64,000 nucleotides of DNA, from the NCBI RefSeq assembly GCF_009914755.1, contig NC_060931.1. The stretch is one strand, 5' to 3'. Numbering within the stretch: the stretch's first letter is position 1; every line of letters starts with the position of its first letter. This DNA comes from the human T2T-CHM13v2.0 reference genome, Homo sapiens. The translations under genes and the position numbers were made by a program. Below the pieces are notes generated by a model. That model was not told the origin of the DNA. It ran no database searches and saw only the letters and a program-made list of their open reading frames with translations. Of this stretch, positions 42,131 to 58,034 are shown in pieces.

Positions 42131-43398
42131 GTTTGGTCATTTTCAAATAAATCTATAATGATTCTTAACTTGAAATTGCAATTTACTTTAATTTGCTCAT
42201 TTTTAATATTATGTGGCAGGCAGTATTGTTCTTGTAGAAACCACAGTGGACTCAGAATCAAGAAATTAGAATTCTAGTCTTTATAGTGCCTGCAGCCAGC
42301 TGTGTGTCTTCGGACACTGCAAACCTGACCACACTATATTCTTATTATGTGTTCTGTTCACATAATCTGATCAGGTTGTGATGTAATTGTGTTTTTCTAC
42401 TCTACTGCGAGCCCTAGGAGCAAGGGGACATGTTTATTCCACTCTCTTTTTCCAATGCCTAGCAGAGCACTAGCATGTAGTAAGTACTCTGTAAGTATTT
42501 GTTAGCTTGATTGATCCTTTTTGGAAGGGATCTTCCAAAATTAAATCAATCAAGCAATCAATATTTTTGTGATTTAATCACAACCAACTTGTGATTAAAA
42601 GTTTATTACAAAGTTCTTAGAGACTTTGTAATAGACTTTTAATCACAAAGCTGCAATTCATGATTATCATAATTACCTTGGGCAGTTTTGTGATGGCCCC
42701 TGAGATTAGTATACACCTTTTCTCCTATACCTCTTTTGTACTTCCCCTTCCTTCACAGTGTATTTCACAGTTTGGCCTATGTTGTAGGCCACTGGACATT
42801 ATTCGCTTTCACTTTCCTTCAGTGCTACAGAATCCTGGTGTAAAAACTACATGTAGTAAGATAAATCAAGGTACACAGATGCGCACCACTCAATTGGATG
42901 CATGTAGTTTAACGCAGTTCACAATTGTATCCAATCCTTCATCATTTCATTGTGGGTGGTCCTGTCCTGTCATTAATTTTTAAATAACCATTCTTGACAC
43001 ACTCCCTTCCCCATTCCAGAACTGTGCTATTTCTTCCAGACTCTGATTATCAGAAAAACAAAATCCATTACTTTCTTGGCCCTGGGCATATTCCCAGTTT
43101 CCAATTAAAACTGTGCTCTTTCCCATATTAAATAATGACACAGCCCAGTATGGACATTGTGAGCAACAGTTGGAAAGGAATATACAAAAATGAAAGTAAT
43201 TAGATTGGTAAGATTATAGCTCTTCCCACCTTCCATTGCAAAAAATTATTTAGTGTCGTAAATAAATTCTTTTTTAGAAAAAGAGAGACAGGGTGAAACA
43301 AAAATTGTACGTTCTCGTACACCTAATTCCAATTGAATACATCCACTAAACTCTGCCCTTAGATATTCCTATAATTACACATGCCTCTCTCTTGCCTG

Positions 43399-43655
43399 TG
43401 TTTTCTTTTGCCTTTATCTTAGTACTAGAAAGTTTGAACATTTTCCGTAAGCTGTTAACCATCTTTATCTCTCTTTTTTGTGTAATTTGTGTCTCCATAC
43501 AAATATGCCTATTTTTCTAATTGAATGCCAATTTTCAGCAGCTTATATATAAAGCTTAACCTATATCATTTGCCTCTAATAAATATGACTACATTCTTAA
43601 AAATGTCTTACTCTTTTTTAAATTCTTGAGATTTGAAAATTATAAGCTGCATTTT
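43399..43655 (+). repeat. Copy 1 of a ~250-bp dispersed direct duplication (copy 2 at 46900-47145)
   Basis: Long shared blocks such as actagaaagtttgaacatttt, tgtctccatacaaatatgcctatttttctaattgaatgc and tttgaaaattataag. Confidence 0.92.
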
Positions 43656-44196
43656 ATTTATTTATTTTTGTTATGCTCCTTCGTGCACACTGAATATAAG
43701 CTGTATTTTAACGTTATAGTTGCCCAACCATCTTTAATGATTTTTTTTAATTTTACTGTTATCCTACTAGGTTTGTAATCCCAGTTTTTCTGATCTATAT
43801 GAGCCTGAGATTATGCCTAACATCCCCCATTTCTTATGCATTTCCATATCCCTAGCAAAACTATAATCTAGGGCCTTTCCCATTGTTAATCTACCTGATT
43901 CTTCAGGATCTTAATCCAGGCCATCGCCCCTTTCAGCACACATGTAATTCAATTATATTTCAGCTTTCTGACTCAAATGAGTCTGAAAATACTTCCCAGT
44001 TCACACCTGAATTTAAGAGTAAGTTGTTAATATCATCTTTCCTGCAAATCTTTCAGAATTCTCAATTCCTGCCTCTTCACTCTTCATTTTCCTTCAACAG
44101 GATTTTCAAAACAGCAGAACTGAAAAACCCACACCTTAATATTTGCACATGAAGTAAATAGGAATTATATAATAGAATAGAAAAATAATAAACAGT

Positions 44197-44590
44197 CTCT
44201 TAGTCTGTTTGGCTGCTATAACAAAGTACGTTGATTGGGTGGCATACACAACAGAAATTTATTTTCTCATGGTTCTAGGGGATGGAAAGTCCAAGATCAA
44301 GAGGCTAGTAGATATGGTTCCTGGTGAGAGGTCTCATCCTGGCTTGCTACGTCCACACAGGGCAGAGAGAAAGTGATCAAGAGAGAGAACACACATGCAA
44401 AAGAGTGAGAGAGTGAAAGCTCTCCAGTATCTCTTCTTAGAAGTGCACTAATCCCATCATGTCGGCTCCATCCTCATGACCTCATCTAAACCTAATCATA
44501 TCTCTCAGAGACCCCCTATTCAAATACTGTCACATTGGAGGTTAGGGCTCCAACATATGAATTTTTCGGAACACAATTCAGTCGATAGCA
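44197..44590 (-). mobile_element. MaLR LTR (MLT1A-like)
   Basis: cttagtctgtttggctgctataacaaa...aagtccaagatcaag...caacatatgaattt...tagca. Confidence 0.88.
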
Positions 44591-44594
44591 TTTG

Positions 44595-46660
<2,066 letters not shown>

Positions 46661-46899
46661 TAAAACACATCTTCACTGAAACTTATTATGCATGTATCTT
46701 TGTATATAACCGCATATTTATTTAGCATGCATTCCTGGCAGTAGATCTGCTAGGTCAAATGTATGACAATGTATTTACTTTTTAATGTAGATTGTTACAT
46801 TATTCACACAAAAAATTCGATGTTCAGTTTAGCCTTTCATTAGTCAACCATGCCTGCTTTCATTCTTTTTAATGTCTGCTATTTGTTTAGTCCATTAGC

Positions 46900-47145
46900 T
46901 GTTTTCTTTTGCCTTTTTCCTAGAACTAGAAAGTTTGAACATTTTTCCTAAGGTATTAATCATCTTCATCTCTCTTTTTTTGTGTGTGATTTCTGTCTCC
47001 ATACAAATATGCCTATTTTTCTAATTGAATGCTAATTTTCAGAGGTTTATTATATATTATTTGCCTCTAATAACTATAACTATATTCTTTTAAATGTCTT
47101 GCTCTTTTTTAAATACATAAGTTTGAAAATTATAAGTTGCATTTT
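46900..47145 (+). repeat. Copy 2 of a ~250-bp dispersed direct duplication (copy 1 at 43399-43655)
   Basis: Same blocks in the same order, 3.5 kb downstream. Confidence 0.92.
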
Positions 47146-50100
47146 TTCTACTGGTATGTTACAAATAATTTATACACTTCAATGAGTTTAGCTTGTTCTT
47201 TTTTATAGATATAATGACGATTTGGTCCTTCTGAGACTATAAATGAACAGTTCAAAAGTTGGAAAATTGTTTCAGTGCTGTAGACAAGCAATGATAGTGG
47301 TAATGACACAGGAGAAAACTAGGTAAACTTGAGAGAGAATGGAGAGGTGGAATCCACAGGAGTTGGTGATTGATAGGCCATGTGGGACTCCCAGGATCTG
47401 GCAAGCAACTTAGTGTGGTAGGGAAATCTGTATGAATGAAGTGGTGTTGATTTAAACTGGGATGTCTTGAGTTGAGAGAGAGAGACTTAAGCTATATGAG
47501 GCTGAAGCTCAGGGGAGAGATAGGGGTTGGAGATAGAAGAGAAACAGGAGACATCAACAGGAGATGGTAAGTGAACGCAGTGGGGAAGAGATCATGGGGA
47601 GTAGGAGAGTGAAAAAAGAGAAATAATTTTATGTCAGTCATTGTGGAGCTTGATTTTATTAAATTTCCCATTACTATTTGAATTTCTATGTGCAAATTAG
47701 CATAATTGTCTAACGTGTGTAAGTCATCTTTCCAACATAGTTGTGAGCTCCATGAGGCAGAACTAGTTTATAACCCCCATATATAGCAAATATTTATTAA
47801 ATTAAACTGAAAATATGTTCTTAAAAAATGAATTTGACATCAAAGACATATCCGTCTTAGGGCATAATATATAAAGCTAAATGTTGGCAACCCCAGATAT
47901 ATAGAAACATACTCCATGATGTGAAAGTCCTTTTCACCATGAGATGAATCAGAATCAAGGGCTTGATATAATGCATACCTAAGTGGAAAATGCATTGAGC
48001 TCTTAATATTAATTTTGATTTATCACTTTATTCTTCTCTGATAAAAATTTATGACTTCCAATGTAGCATCTGTTAAGAATTTTTCATGAATATATTTATT
48101 ACATCATGTACTGACTAGGGTTTCTTAAAAAATGTTAGTAGGACTATATTTTAATTGGATGTTTTAAATGACATTTAAAAATGACATTTTCTTTACTTTT
48201 CACTTCTTATAATATACTTTTTCTTATTTTCACTTATGAGTCTTATGGAAAATGATAACAGAAATAGACTATTGATCCTAGTTGATGTTCTCTAAGGAAA
48301 CTGGATATTAACTCTTTAGGAAAATAGGACAGAGAAGGGAATTCTCTAATTCTAATTCAGAAATAATACAATGTATATGATAAGGATTAGTTTAACCTAT
48401 ATTTCATTAACTTAAGAAAATGTTTCAAACTTGGTTCGTTTTAATAATGTGCAAAAAGAATCTTCTAATTTAGTGTAGATTTAGTAAGATTTTCCAGATA
48501 TGCTTCACCTGTTTCTTAATTTCAAAATTTAGAAAACAAAACAAAACTTGCACATTTTCTCTCCACCCCCTGGCACACATTCCTCACTTTATTTCCCACA
48601 GAAATTAGGAAATGTACTGGAGTCTGTACCTTGCCATTATAAACTGGTCCCATTTGGGGGCCCTTCTCCTTCCCCTGCTGAAGTATAATGAATAGAAATT
48701 GGCTTATCATTCTTCCACTTACAGCTTTCCACATTTTCTCTTGGTTTTAAAATTTCATCTTAAGCAGATCATTTTTTTACTTATCTTTTCCTAGTGTGCA
48801 GTCATGTTCGTTGTGCCCAGTACATCAGAGATGCTCACACCATTCTTTGAGTAGTTTAAAAACTCATTTTAACCACTTTTTATTCTTTGTATTCAAACCA
48901 ATCACTGGCAATAGCTCTAAGTAGGTCATCAACTCTCCTCCATGTCTTCTTTCTAATTCTGCCACAGACTCACTTCTTCCCGTTAAAATTAATGGAAGGA
49001 AATGAGTGTCTGAGTTCTTAGAATCTCAAAAGGCATGAGGATAAAGCTTTCCTGGAGATAATATAAGTGGTGGCAGGAAGATTTGGGAGCCAGATGATAC
49101 TCTTTTCCTCTTAGAGAAACTCTGTGGAAGCTCTGCCTATACTGTGGGAAATAAATTCTAGACGCTGGCTTCTTTCTGTAGTAAACATGTGGGCCCTTTA
49201 AAATGTTGAACCAAAATGTGCTTCAAATATAGTTTAGTTATAAAACATTTATGGGGGACTATGTATGTGCCAACTACAGAGGCTTCAGAGATGAAGAAAC
49301 AGTTCTTACCCTAGTGTTGCTTAGAATCTAGTAGTAGTAAGTAATAATTACTAACATATGCATTTACTATATAGGCAATACTAGGGTAAATATTTTACAT
49401 AGATTACCTTATTTAGTAGCTCTTAGCTGCTAAAAAAAAAAAAAAAAGATAAAGATGTCCAGTCTAGAGTCTCATAATTGTATGGTAAACACTAAAATGG
49501 TGGTATGATCCAGTTGCCATGGAAACACAGGGGCGGGGCCCTCAGCTCAGTTTAGGAAGGAGCAGATTACTGAGTGGTGTCTTTAACTGGTAATTACATG
49601 AAGAAGAAGAGGTTGGGCCACCACAGGCAGAGGAAGGACCACAGGCAGGGCACAGGAGTATGCATTTGTAGGCTGTATATGGGGAAGTAAAGCAGATTTG
49701 TCTTGCTAGAGCTAAAGATGTAGACAAGAGTAAGTATTATGTAGGAACTTCGATCTGACATGTTTAGCCATTGGGCATTGGCCATCTGGTGGAGAGCTGT
49801 TGACAAAAAATAAGTAATTTGGATTTTAAAAGGATCGACTCGGTGGTATAGATAATGATGGCTGGAAAATGAGACGATAGAGGTAGACAAATGAAGAGGT
49901 TATGGAAATAATCCAGGCAAAAAGACAATGAAGGGCAAGGATGGATAGGAGTATATCCCAGTATTCTGGCATGCTAGAGTTCAATTGAAATGTTTAACTT
50001 GATGAATAATAGGTAAGGAAAGTGAGTGAAAACTAAACTACTAGATTCTTAACTCTTAAACCCTTCACTGGGTCAAAAGTAATGAGTTTGAACATAGTGT

Positions 50101-53100
50101 CGAAATTAACCTGATTCTACCTTGTGTTTGAAATTCTACATTCATAAAGGAAAAATAAAAGGAAATGTTATGGTCAGTCCCAAATTATAGTCAATTATAA
50201 CTATTTTCCTCAAAGTTGGTCTTACCTATGTTTAGTGGTAAGAATTGATTGTTTAATATAGGAAAAAAGACCTAAAATTGGTGAGATAATGTGATTCAAA
50301 TTCCAAAAAAAAAAGGAAAATTAGATAGCTCTGCATTCAGAAGAATTGAATGATATTTTAAAGACATTCACATAAACACACACCCAAATAGATTCTTCAC
50401 ATTTACTTGTATTCCAAAAACAGAAAACTATTGAAAAGAATGAAGGATGGCAACAAAGTACATGAACAAAAAAACAACTGAAGCATCACCAGAATTTTGT
50501 TTTCTGTTGTAGAAACTTACTTAGGTTACTTTCTGAGACTGGCAAAGAAAGATACCAGAAATTTAAAGTAATCATTACCCTTTATCTTCAACACCCAAAC
50601 CCCCTAAAATGACAAGAACAGCTATAATTAATTTAATGTGAAATTAAAAAGGGAACACTGACATATCATCTATTAATATTCAATACAAATATTAACCCAT
50701 GGTGCCTTGCAACTAAAAATATCTGGAGAGCACATGCCAGGTTAAGTTTAATCTTTATATAACAAATTCAGTTACATATAACTGTTTATAATACCTGATA
50801 GTTGGAATAGCCCAGATAGTGGTAAAGTATTAATAGAAATATATTCAACATGGCTTGTGCAAAATTAATAAAATTCTTTAGGTAAAATGGCTTTGAAAAT
50901 CATATATTATGCTTGAGGAGGAGTGAATGTGGGAGGGGGTTATTGTCATGGGGCTTGTCCTACTTGGGAGGAAGGAGGAAAAGTGAGGAGCAATCATTCC
51001 CCTTCCCTTCCTTCCCCTCCCTAACATTTCCAGGCTCTGTTTAAAACCAATGGATATTGCCATTAAGCACGTGATGAAACTGAGGGTGCTGTCCCTGTCA
51101 GGGCAGGGATCCATGGTCTATCAGGACATTTCTGCTGTCCTTTTCATGTAGCCACGTCCCCATGCCAACTAGAGTTCCTTTGGTACTAACTCTGAAACCA
51201 CTGATGGGAAGTGGAGATTTTCCTGGAAACCCTGAAATGGGTCATAGCACTTCATTAATTAAATCATTTCCAGGGTCACTCTAAGCCCATGTTTTGTACC
51301 CTATTCCATTTCTCCTCCAAAATTATGCCCAGGCATCTTGTCCAAAATAGTTTATAAGTGGCTCTATGATGAGATCACGTACAAAGGTTAAGTGGGGGTG
51401 TTAACTAGGGACACAATATCCACAGTGCTGCAAAAAGGTATTTCTATGTCCTCTTACTGTGGAATACTGATGCCTAGGACACCTGCCCCCAAGAGTCTTC
51501 TCCTTTATTTATAATTATATGATCCAAAGCCAACTTGAGAGCATATTATGAGGACTATCTCAAACTAATGGGCATGACATGGTAATCCAAGCTTGACCCC
51601 TTTGGTTTCCTCCTTATCAAGCAGAGCACGATTTGGGGTCAGCCTAGCTAGGTCTATTTACCTTGAATTGACTACTTAAAGCTAGACCCTCACAGCAAGC
51701 TCAAGGGTCTTGCAGTGTAAAAATATCAATTATTATTCTTGCTAGCGATTACTAAAAGGCCTGTGTATGGAAATACTCTTTTCCTCTTTATTAGAAACTT
51801 CTCTACCAAGGCCTCAGCTGACTCCGGTATACGTGCTAAGGCCAGAATTTATAGAATCCAAAATCGAGCCACAGCAGCCCACACTCTCACACCCCAACCA
51901 TTTGGCAGTGCTTTCTCACAGCCTGTCTTCTTTGCTGAGGCCAGCGAGACCGGAATTTGCTTGCTAGGCTATGAGCAGCTGGTTTCTGCTGAGGGCCCTT
52001 GTGTGGCTAGCATTTGGTTGGAGGGCCCTGAACAGCTTACCTCCAAGGACTGGGCTTTTGCTGATGCTGTACAGGCCCTGGTTGTTTGCTGAGGTCACCA
52101 ACCTATACCTTTGCTGGGTCCCTGGCACAATATGCTGACCATCTATTACATCTAGCAGTACCTCTGAAAACAGCCATTTATCTTTAGACAGAGCCACCAT
52201 AAACTGCAACGATTCACCAAGATAAAAATACCATGATACCATGTGGCCGGTTTACAAAAACAATCTTTTTTAAATCTACAAAGATAGCAACACTTTTCAT
52301 CAACAGCAGTTCACCTAGAGAGAGTCGACACTTTTTGTCTGAGTGAAAAACAAAAACAAAAAAACGCTGATCCACACATCAAGGTTCAAGTCCCTGAACA
52401 TGAACCGCTCTCCCAGTAGTGTTGAATTTCTACTTCTCATCGATCTGGCCCAGTGTACCAGTGTCTAACATTCCCCTGAATTTAATTTCTCCACTCAAAT
52501 TGCAGAACACTGCCACAGGAACAGTTCTTTCTGTCAACAGAAGCCCAAAAGCAGAGCAGAATATAGGATATGCTCTCAGGAGGCAGCCTAGCTTCTGAAG
52601 GCAAGGGATGAGAGAATGGACTGGGCTGGGCCATGTGTGCCCTATTTCTCCTTTCAAATATGGGCCAAAACCTAGGAGCATTACACTAAAGGGGTTGCCT
52701 GCACAGAAAAAGCAAATTAGGAATGAGTAGTCCCTTTCTCCATAATTATTATTATATACCAGCAAAACCTTATTATTTTGAATACAGTAGGTAATTTGGC
52801 TGAAAAACATCTGATTTGTGAAATAATCGAAAAGAAAATATTGCTATTTTATGCTAACACCAAAAATATAATTTGATAAATTAGAAGGTTCTTTAAATAG
52901 GTAAATTATGTATACAAATGAATGTTTATTTTAAAAATGTTTTCCATTCGGAATATTCTTATGGAAAAATAATGACTTACAAAGCATTTACTTAATAGTT
53001 TAAAAAAGTAAAATTTACAAATTACAAATTGCTTACATTTAAATAGATGCCTTTTCACCATATACTTGAAATTAAAAGTAGAGGTACCAACTCTATAGAG

Positions 53101-53995
53101 GGTTAGGGGGGACAACCCAAGTCCTTGTATCAAATAGTAATATGACAGAGAACTAAATAAAATTGTAGTTCCCTGCGGGGGCTACCGACATTTGTCCTTG
53201 TGGCAGCCCCCTCTCCTCATCCAGTTGTTTTGCCCAAGGTGGGTGCCTCGCTCATGGGCCCCCTCCTCAGCATGTGTTCATTGAACACCTACCGTGTGTT
53301 GGACAAATGCTGACCCCTACCTTCCCCAGGTCCTCCATGTGGCACTGCAGGGCACCATTCTTTAGCCCACTGTCTCATTCCTTCACTTGGCTAACTGATG
53401 GGAAGAATCTTACCAACTAACTAGTGATGAGGTACTAATTATTTTGAATAGCTTGTTGTACTACACAGTACCAGAGTTTTCTCATCTCCTGTGTAAATAC
53501 ACTTTAACCCAGAGGAATAAATTTATGCCTTTATCCAATAGGAGATCACCTTTTTTTAAAGATACCTTCCCAGTTTTCCTCAAGTCATTCCACACGTACA
53601 TCCCCCTCACTGTCTTGAGATCGAATGCCGCTTGCTGGTTTGCACTGTGTTTTTCTAGCTACTAAGGCAATGGAGGTTCATATAATGATACAATACCCTG
53701 TTACATTTATATGGAGCTGGCCCATTTGTTATTATCCCTATTCAGCCTATAGAATTGTGGGAAATGAACTGTAGGATTTGGAGACCAATAAATTGGTATG
53801 GTTTTCAAATTGCCTTATAATTATACTAGAATAATAATTATACTATAATTATTATAATTACACTAGCATATTCCAAATTTTATGTGCAAATTTGTGATGA
53901 TTGTGCTAGGTGCTAGAATGTGACTAATTTATTAAGAGCTTATCCTGAAAAGTTTAAAATGAAGACTACATGATGTTTTTCTTCTATTGAACTAG

Positions 53996-54242
53996 GAGCT
54001 GAAGCTAATTTTATGCTGAAAGTTCATCCTCTGAAGAAATATCCTGTGGATCTTTATTATCTTGTTGATGTCTCAGCATCAATGCACAATAATATAGAAA
54101 AATTAAATTCCGTTGGAAACGATTTATCTAGAAAAATGGCATTTTTCTCCCGTGACTTTCGTCTTGGATTTGGCTCATACGTTGATAAAACAGTTTCACC
54201 ATACATTAGCATCCACCCCGAAAGGATTCATAATCAATGCAG
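53996..54242 (+). CDS. ITGB8: Integrin beta-8 exon 4 (start of beta-I domain, MIDAS)
   Basis: Acceptor cttctattgaactag, donor CAG|gtatcc. 247 nt, (G)AEANFMLKVHPLKKYPVDLYYLVDVSASMHNN...RLGFGSYVDK...NQC, with DxSxS and GFGSxVDK integrin motifs. Confidence 0.98.
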
Positions 54243-55612
54243 GTATCCAGGGTTTGATGTGGATATGCTAAATTAATTTTTTGCTTATAAAATCTCACTT
54301 TGTTTTTAATGTAAAGAACTTACCAAATTTTATATTTTTATCTTATAAAATAAGAATAAAAATATTTGGTGAGGTGGGGAGGTTTCTTCATATCTGAAAA
54401 CTTCTGAGATGAACTGTAGATTGGGCTTTTTATTTTATATTTCTTTAAATATTTAGTCAGTTTTTATCACCAAAAAAAAAACAAAAAAACAAACAAAAAA
54501 CCCTACCTAATGTTAGTAACTTTGAACGAAGCTTCAATAGTTAGGCTGCCATGTATATAAATACCTCTTTGGAAATTCTGTATTTTTATTTTTTGATTGC
54601 TCCAAAATTGCTGAATTATGATTTGACACATTTTAAAGAGTTTGTGCCAACACGTCATCTATCTCTCCATTACTGTACTGTGACTGGGGATAATGATGTT
54701 GTCTCCGATGTGACTACAAAGAAATCTCAGTTATCACAAAGAAAGTGGGTCAAAAGATGAGAATTTGATTGCTTAGAAAGAGCCTTTTTTCTTATCATTT
54801 TAGATTTCTGATTCTAAATAACATATGTCCCACTATGAAAGAAGAATTAGCCTTAAAAATACAAGTGTCTCACACAATATTGCCATTAGCCTGTGGAATT
54901 TTCAGAAAAATAAATCTGTATGGATCTTTTTTCACAAAAGACTTTATCTTTCTTGCTTCTACAAATTGCTTAGATTACTTTACAATACACATTCCAATTT
55001 ACCGAAACAGCTCTGTCATCTGTTGTACCGGAACAGGATTGATGCATCCATCAATGGAGCTTCATAAGCCTTCTTGAGGTGAATGTACAGGAGGAATCAT
55101 TCTTACTTTCTGGGTATCATAGATTCTCAAAATAATTTTAATGAATATTGATTGTTCATCAATAATTCCACCAAGCATCACTTTAAAAATTAGTGCAGTA
55201 TTAAAAAAAACTAATATCATATTTCAACTAAATTCCTCAAAAGCATTTTCCAGAAGTGTTTCTCAGCTGTTCAATGATAAGAAATCACTGCACATTCTTA
55301 TATTCACCTTAAAAATTCACAGCGCAGATTAAATATTGAAAGCCTTTAACTGTCCTATATTAAAAAACATGTTTAATCATCTTTATTTTTTTGAATACCA
55401 AATGCTTATAGTCTTATTTCCTATTTGCAAAGAAATTGTCATCAGCATTGAGCTTATCTCTAATTTTATAAGCATAGATTTTCGTCGTATAAAATTTCCC
55501 TGGCACAAAAGAAGTACTCCCTTTTCACACAACTGTACAATTTTACTGTTAAGTATTCCAGAATGCTTAAGAAGAGCAAAATAAACTTTACACATCTTCT
55601 TTTCCCACACAG

Positions 55613-55778
55613 TGACTACAATTTAGACTGCATGCCTCCCCATGGATACATCCATGTGCTGTCTTTGACAGAGAACATCACTGAGTTTGAGAAAGCAGTT
55701 CATAGACAGAAGATCTCTGGAAACATAGATACACCAGAAGGAGGTTTTGACGCCATGCTTCAGGCAGCTGTCTGTGAA
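55613..55778 (+). CDS. ITGB8: Integrin beta-8 exon 5 (beta-I domain)
   Basis: Acceptor tcttcttttcccacacag, donor GAA|gtaaga. 166 nt, DYNLDCMPPHGYIHVLSLT...ISGNIDTPEGGFDAMLQAAVCE. Confidence 0.98.
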
Positions 55779-56011
55779 GTAAGACGTTTCACATGATCGA
55801 GTGTTTGCTAAGATGCCAAACTTTCAAAGAATTTAGACGTTTTATTTTCTCTTTGATTTGTGGAGTGAAAACGTAGTGTAGAAGAAAACATATCTTACTA
55901 TCTCTTACTCCTCACCAAGGTGATTCATTTCGGTATGTGTTTGGGACAGAGGGGCTAAATTCAGGGAGGGATTTAAATAGGAAAAGACAAAAGGGAAAGA
56001 ATAGGTTATGA

Positions 56012-56408
<397 letters not shown>

Positions 56409-56673
56409 TCTCCTACTTTTTAATCTATATTGTTCTTCCTCCAGTGGAACACTAGAAATCTCTAGCCAGGAACTAGTGTGGTCACATGGCTGTGGGAAAA
56501 TAGAGGATGTACAAATAAAAGTTAAAGCTATTTACGCAGCAGTGTTGTACCCACGCACATCGTTCTAGCCTGACTTACTGTTCGTCAACTCAAACGTAAT
56601 GTTTACTTGAGGTAAAAACCACAGTACACATCTGTGTTATTGTACAAAGTCTAATTACATGTTTATTTTTAAG

Positions 56674-56832
56674 AGTCATATCGGATGGCGAAAAGAGGCT
56701 AAAAGATTGCTGCTGGTGATGACAGATCAGACGTCTCATCTCGCTCTTGATAGCAAATTGGCAGGCATAGTGGTGCCCAATGACGGAAACTGTCATCTGA
56801 AAAACAACGTCTACGTCAAATCGACAACCATG
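56674..56832 (+). CDS. ITGB8: Integrin beta-8 exon 6 (beta-I domain)
   Basis: Acceptor tttatttttaag, donor ATG|gtaatg. 159 nt, [42 protein letters not shown]...STTM. Cumulative CDS is 960 nt (320 codons). Confidence 0.97.
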
Positions 56833-57530
56833 GTAATGCAGCAGTAACCGCTTAGTAGATATGACTCTTTTGGTTAAAGTACAATTTTAAATTGGCAACT
56901 CAACTATTTTTGTACCAGGAAATTACCTACAAAAGAAAGATACAGAACAAGGATAAGCCATGAGAGAGAATTTATGGAACAGTGCAATCTATAAATACTG
57001 ATCAATAAAATATATGAATAAAACAGTTTGACAGTTTCTAGTAGCTGACTCTTTGATGAATGACAAAGCACTGTATAATTTTTGAAAATAAAAATGATAC
57101 AAGATTTTACTTTTTATGTAATTCTAAGACAGGGGAAAAAAGTATACCTTTGCTTTATACAAATAGACCAGGTCTACGGGGTCGATATCTACAAACATTT
57201 TAAGGAGGAAACCTCACAGTACAATAGGTAGAAACTAAATAGAAACCAGGGAAAAAAGACAAGAGAGAAAGAGAGTCAAACAAAGCAGGCTTTCTCTGTT
57301 TTGTACTTTACCTCTCTGCATCTTATCTATTTAAGGTCTCTTTTTAAATCAGTGACTATCTGGCTTGCTTCCTGAGGGTTAGTATAAGCTCTGAATCATA
57401 TATTTAATATAATCACCTAGAACCATATCTTCCCTGGCATTATCTAATTCTAGTTGTGAAGAATCAACAGTCCAAAGCATCATTTACTTCTGATGTTGAC
57501 ACTTATTTATATATTCTTGCATATGTTAAA

Positions 57531-58034
57531 ACAGAACCTCTCCAACTTTCTCAGTTCATGAGACCCTAGTCTCTCAGTGATTTTATTCCATGACACCCGT
57601 GGGTCAAAAGAAATACCTAATAGTTCTGTTTTTTTAAGTGGTTAAGTCCAAATAACTCAACTATTTATGTCTTAACAACTTAGTATCTCCTTAAAAATAA
57701 TACAAATGTATCAAGTGTAGAGATACATGTTTCAGTTTTAGTAAGTAACTTCAGAAATTTTCAAATCCTGAAATCAGATTGGTCATCACTACCCTGATTT
57801 CTTCTTCCGTGTTGATTTTCAAGTTGACCAGCTTGGTAAAGATTAATGTCATTTAAAAGAATAGAACGAAATGTAATCTTAAAACTATGAACTCCCTCCA
57901 ACTAGTTCTTCATTGGTACCTGATACATGCTGAATGTCACTGTATTTCTCTTGAAGATTTAAATTATTTCCTGCCACCCTTGGGAGTGTGCTGCAGTGCA
58001 CCAAGACACCTCACACACAGTTTGGGAATCACAG
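57531..58034. mobile_element. hAT-Charlie-type DNA transposon relic
   Basis: Degenerate TIRs cagaacctctccaact and cacacagtttgggaatcacag around an AT-rich interior. Confidence 0.5.

Noticed and set aside
51739-52242. 117-aa ORF and neighbours in intron 3 as a possible retrogene
   Set aside because: Non-ATG start, no recognisable protein, and no polyA/TSD signature.
53993-53998. TAG|GAG tandem acceptor at exon 4
   Set aside because: GAG is very rarely used as an acceptor.
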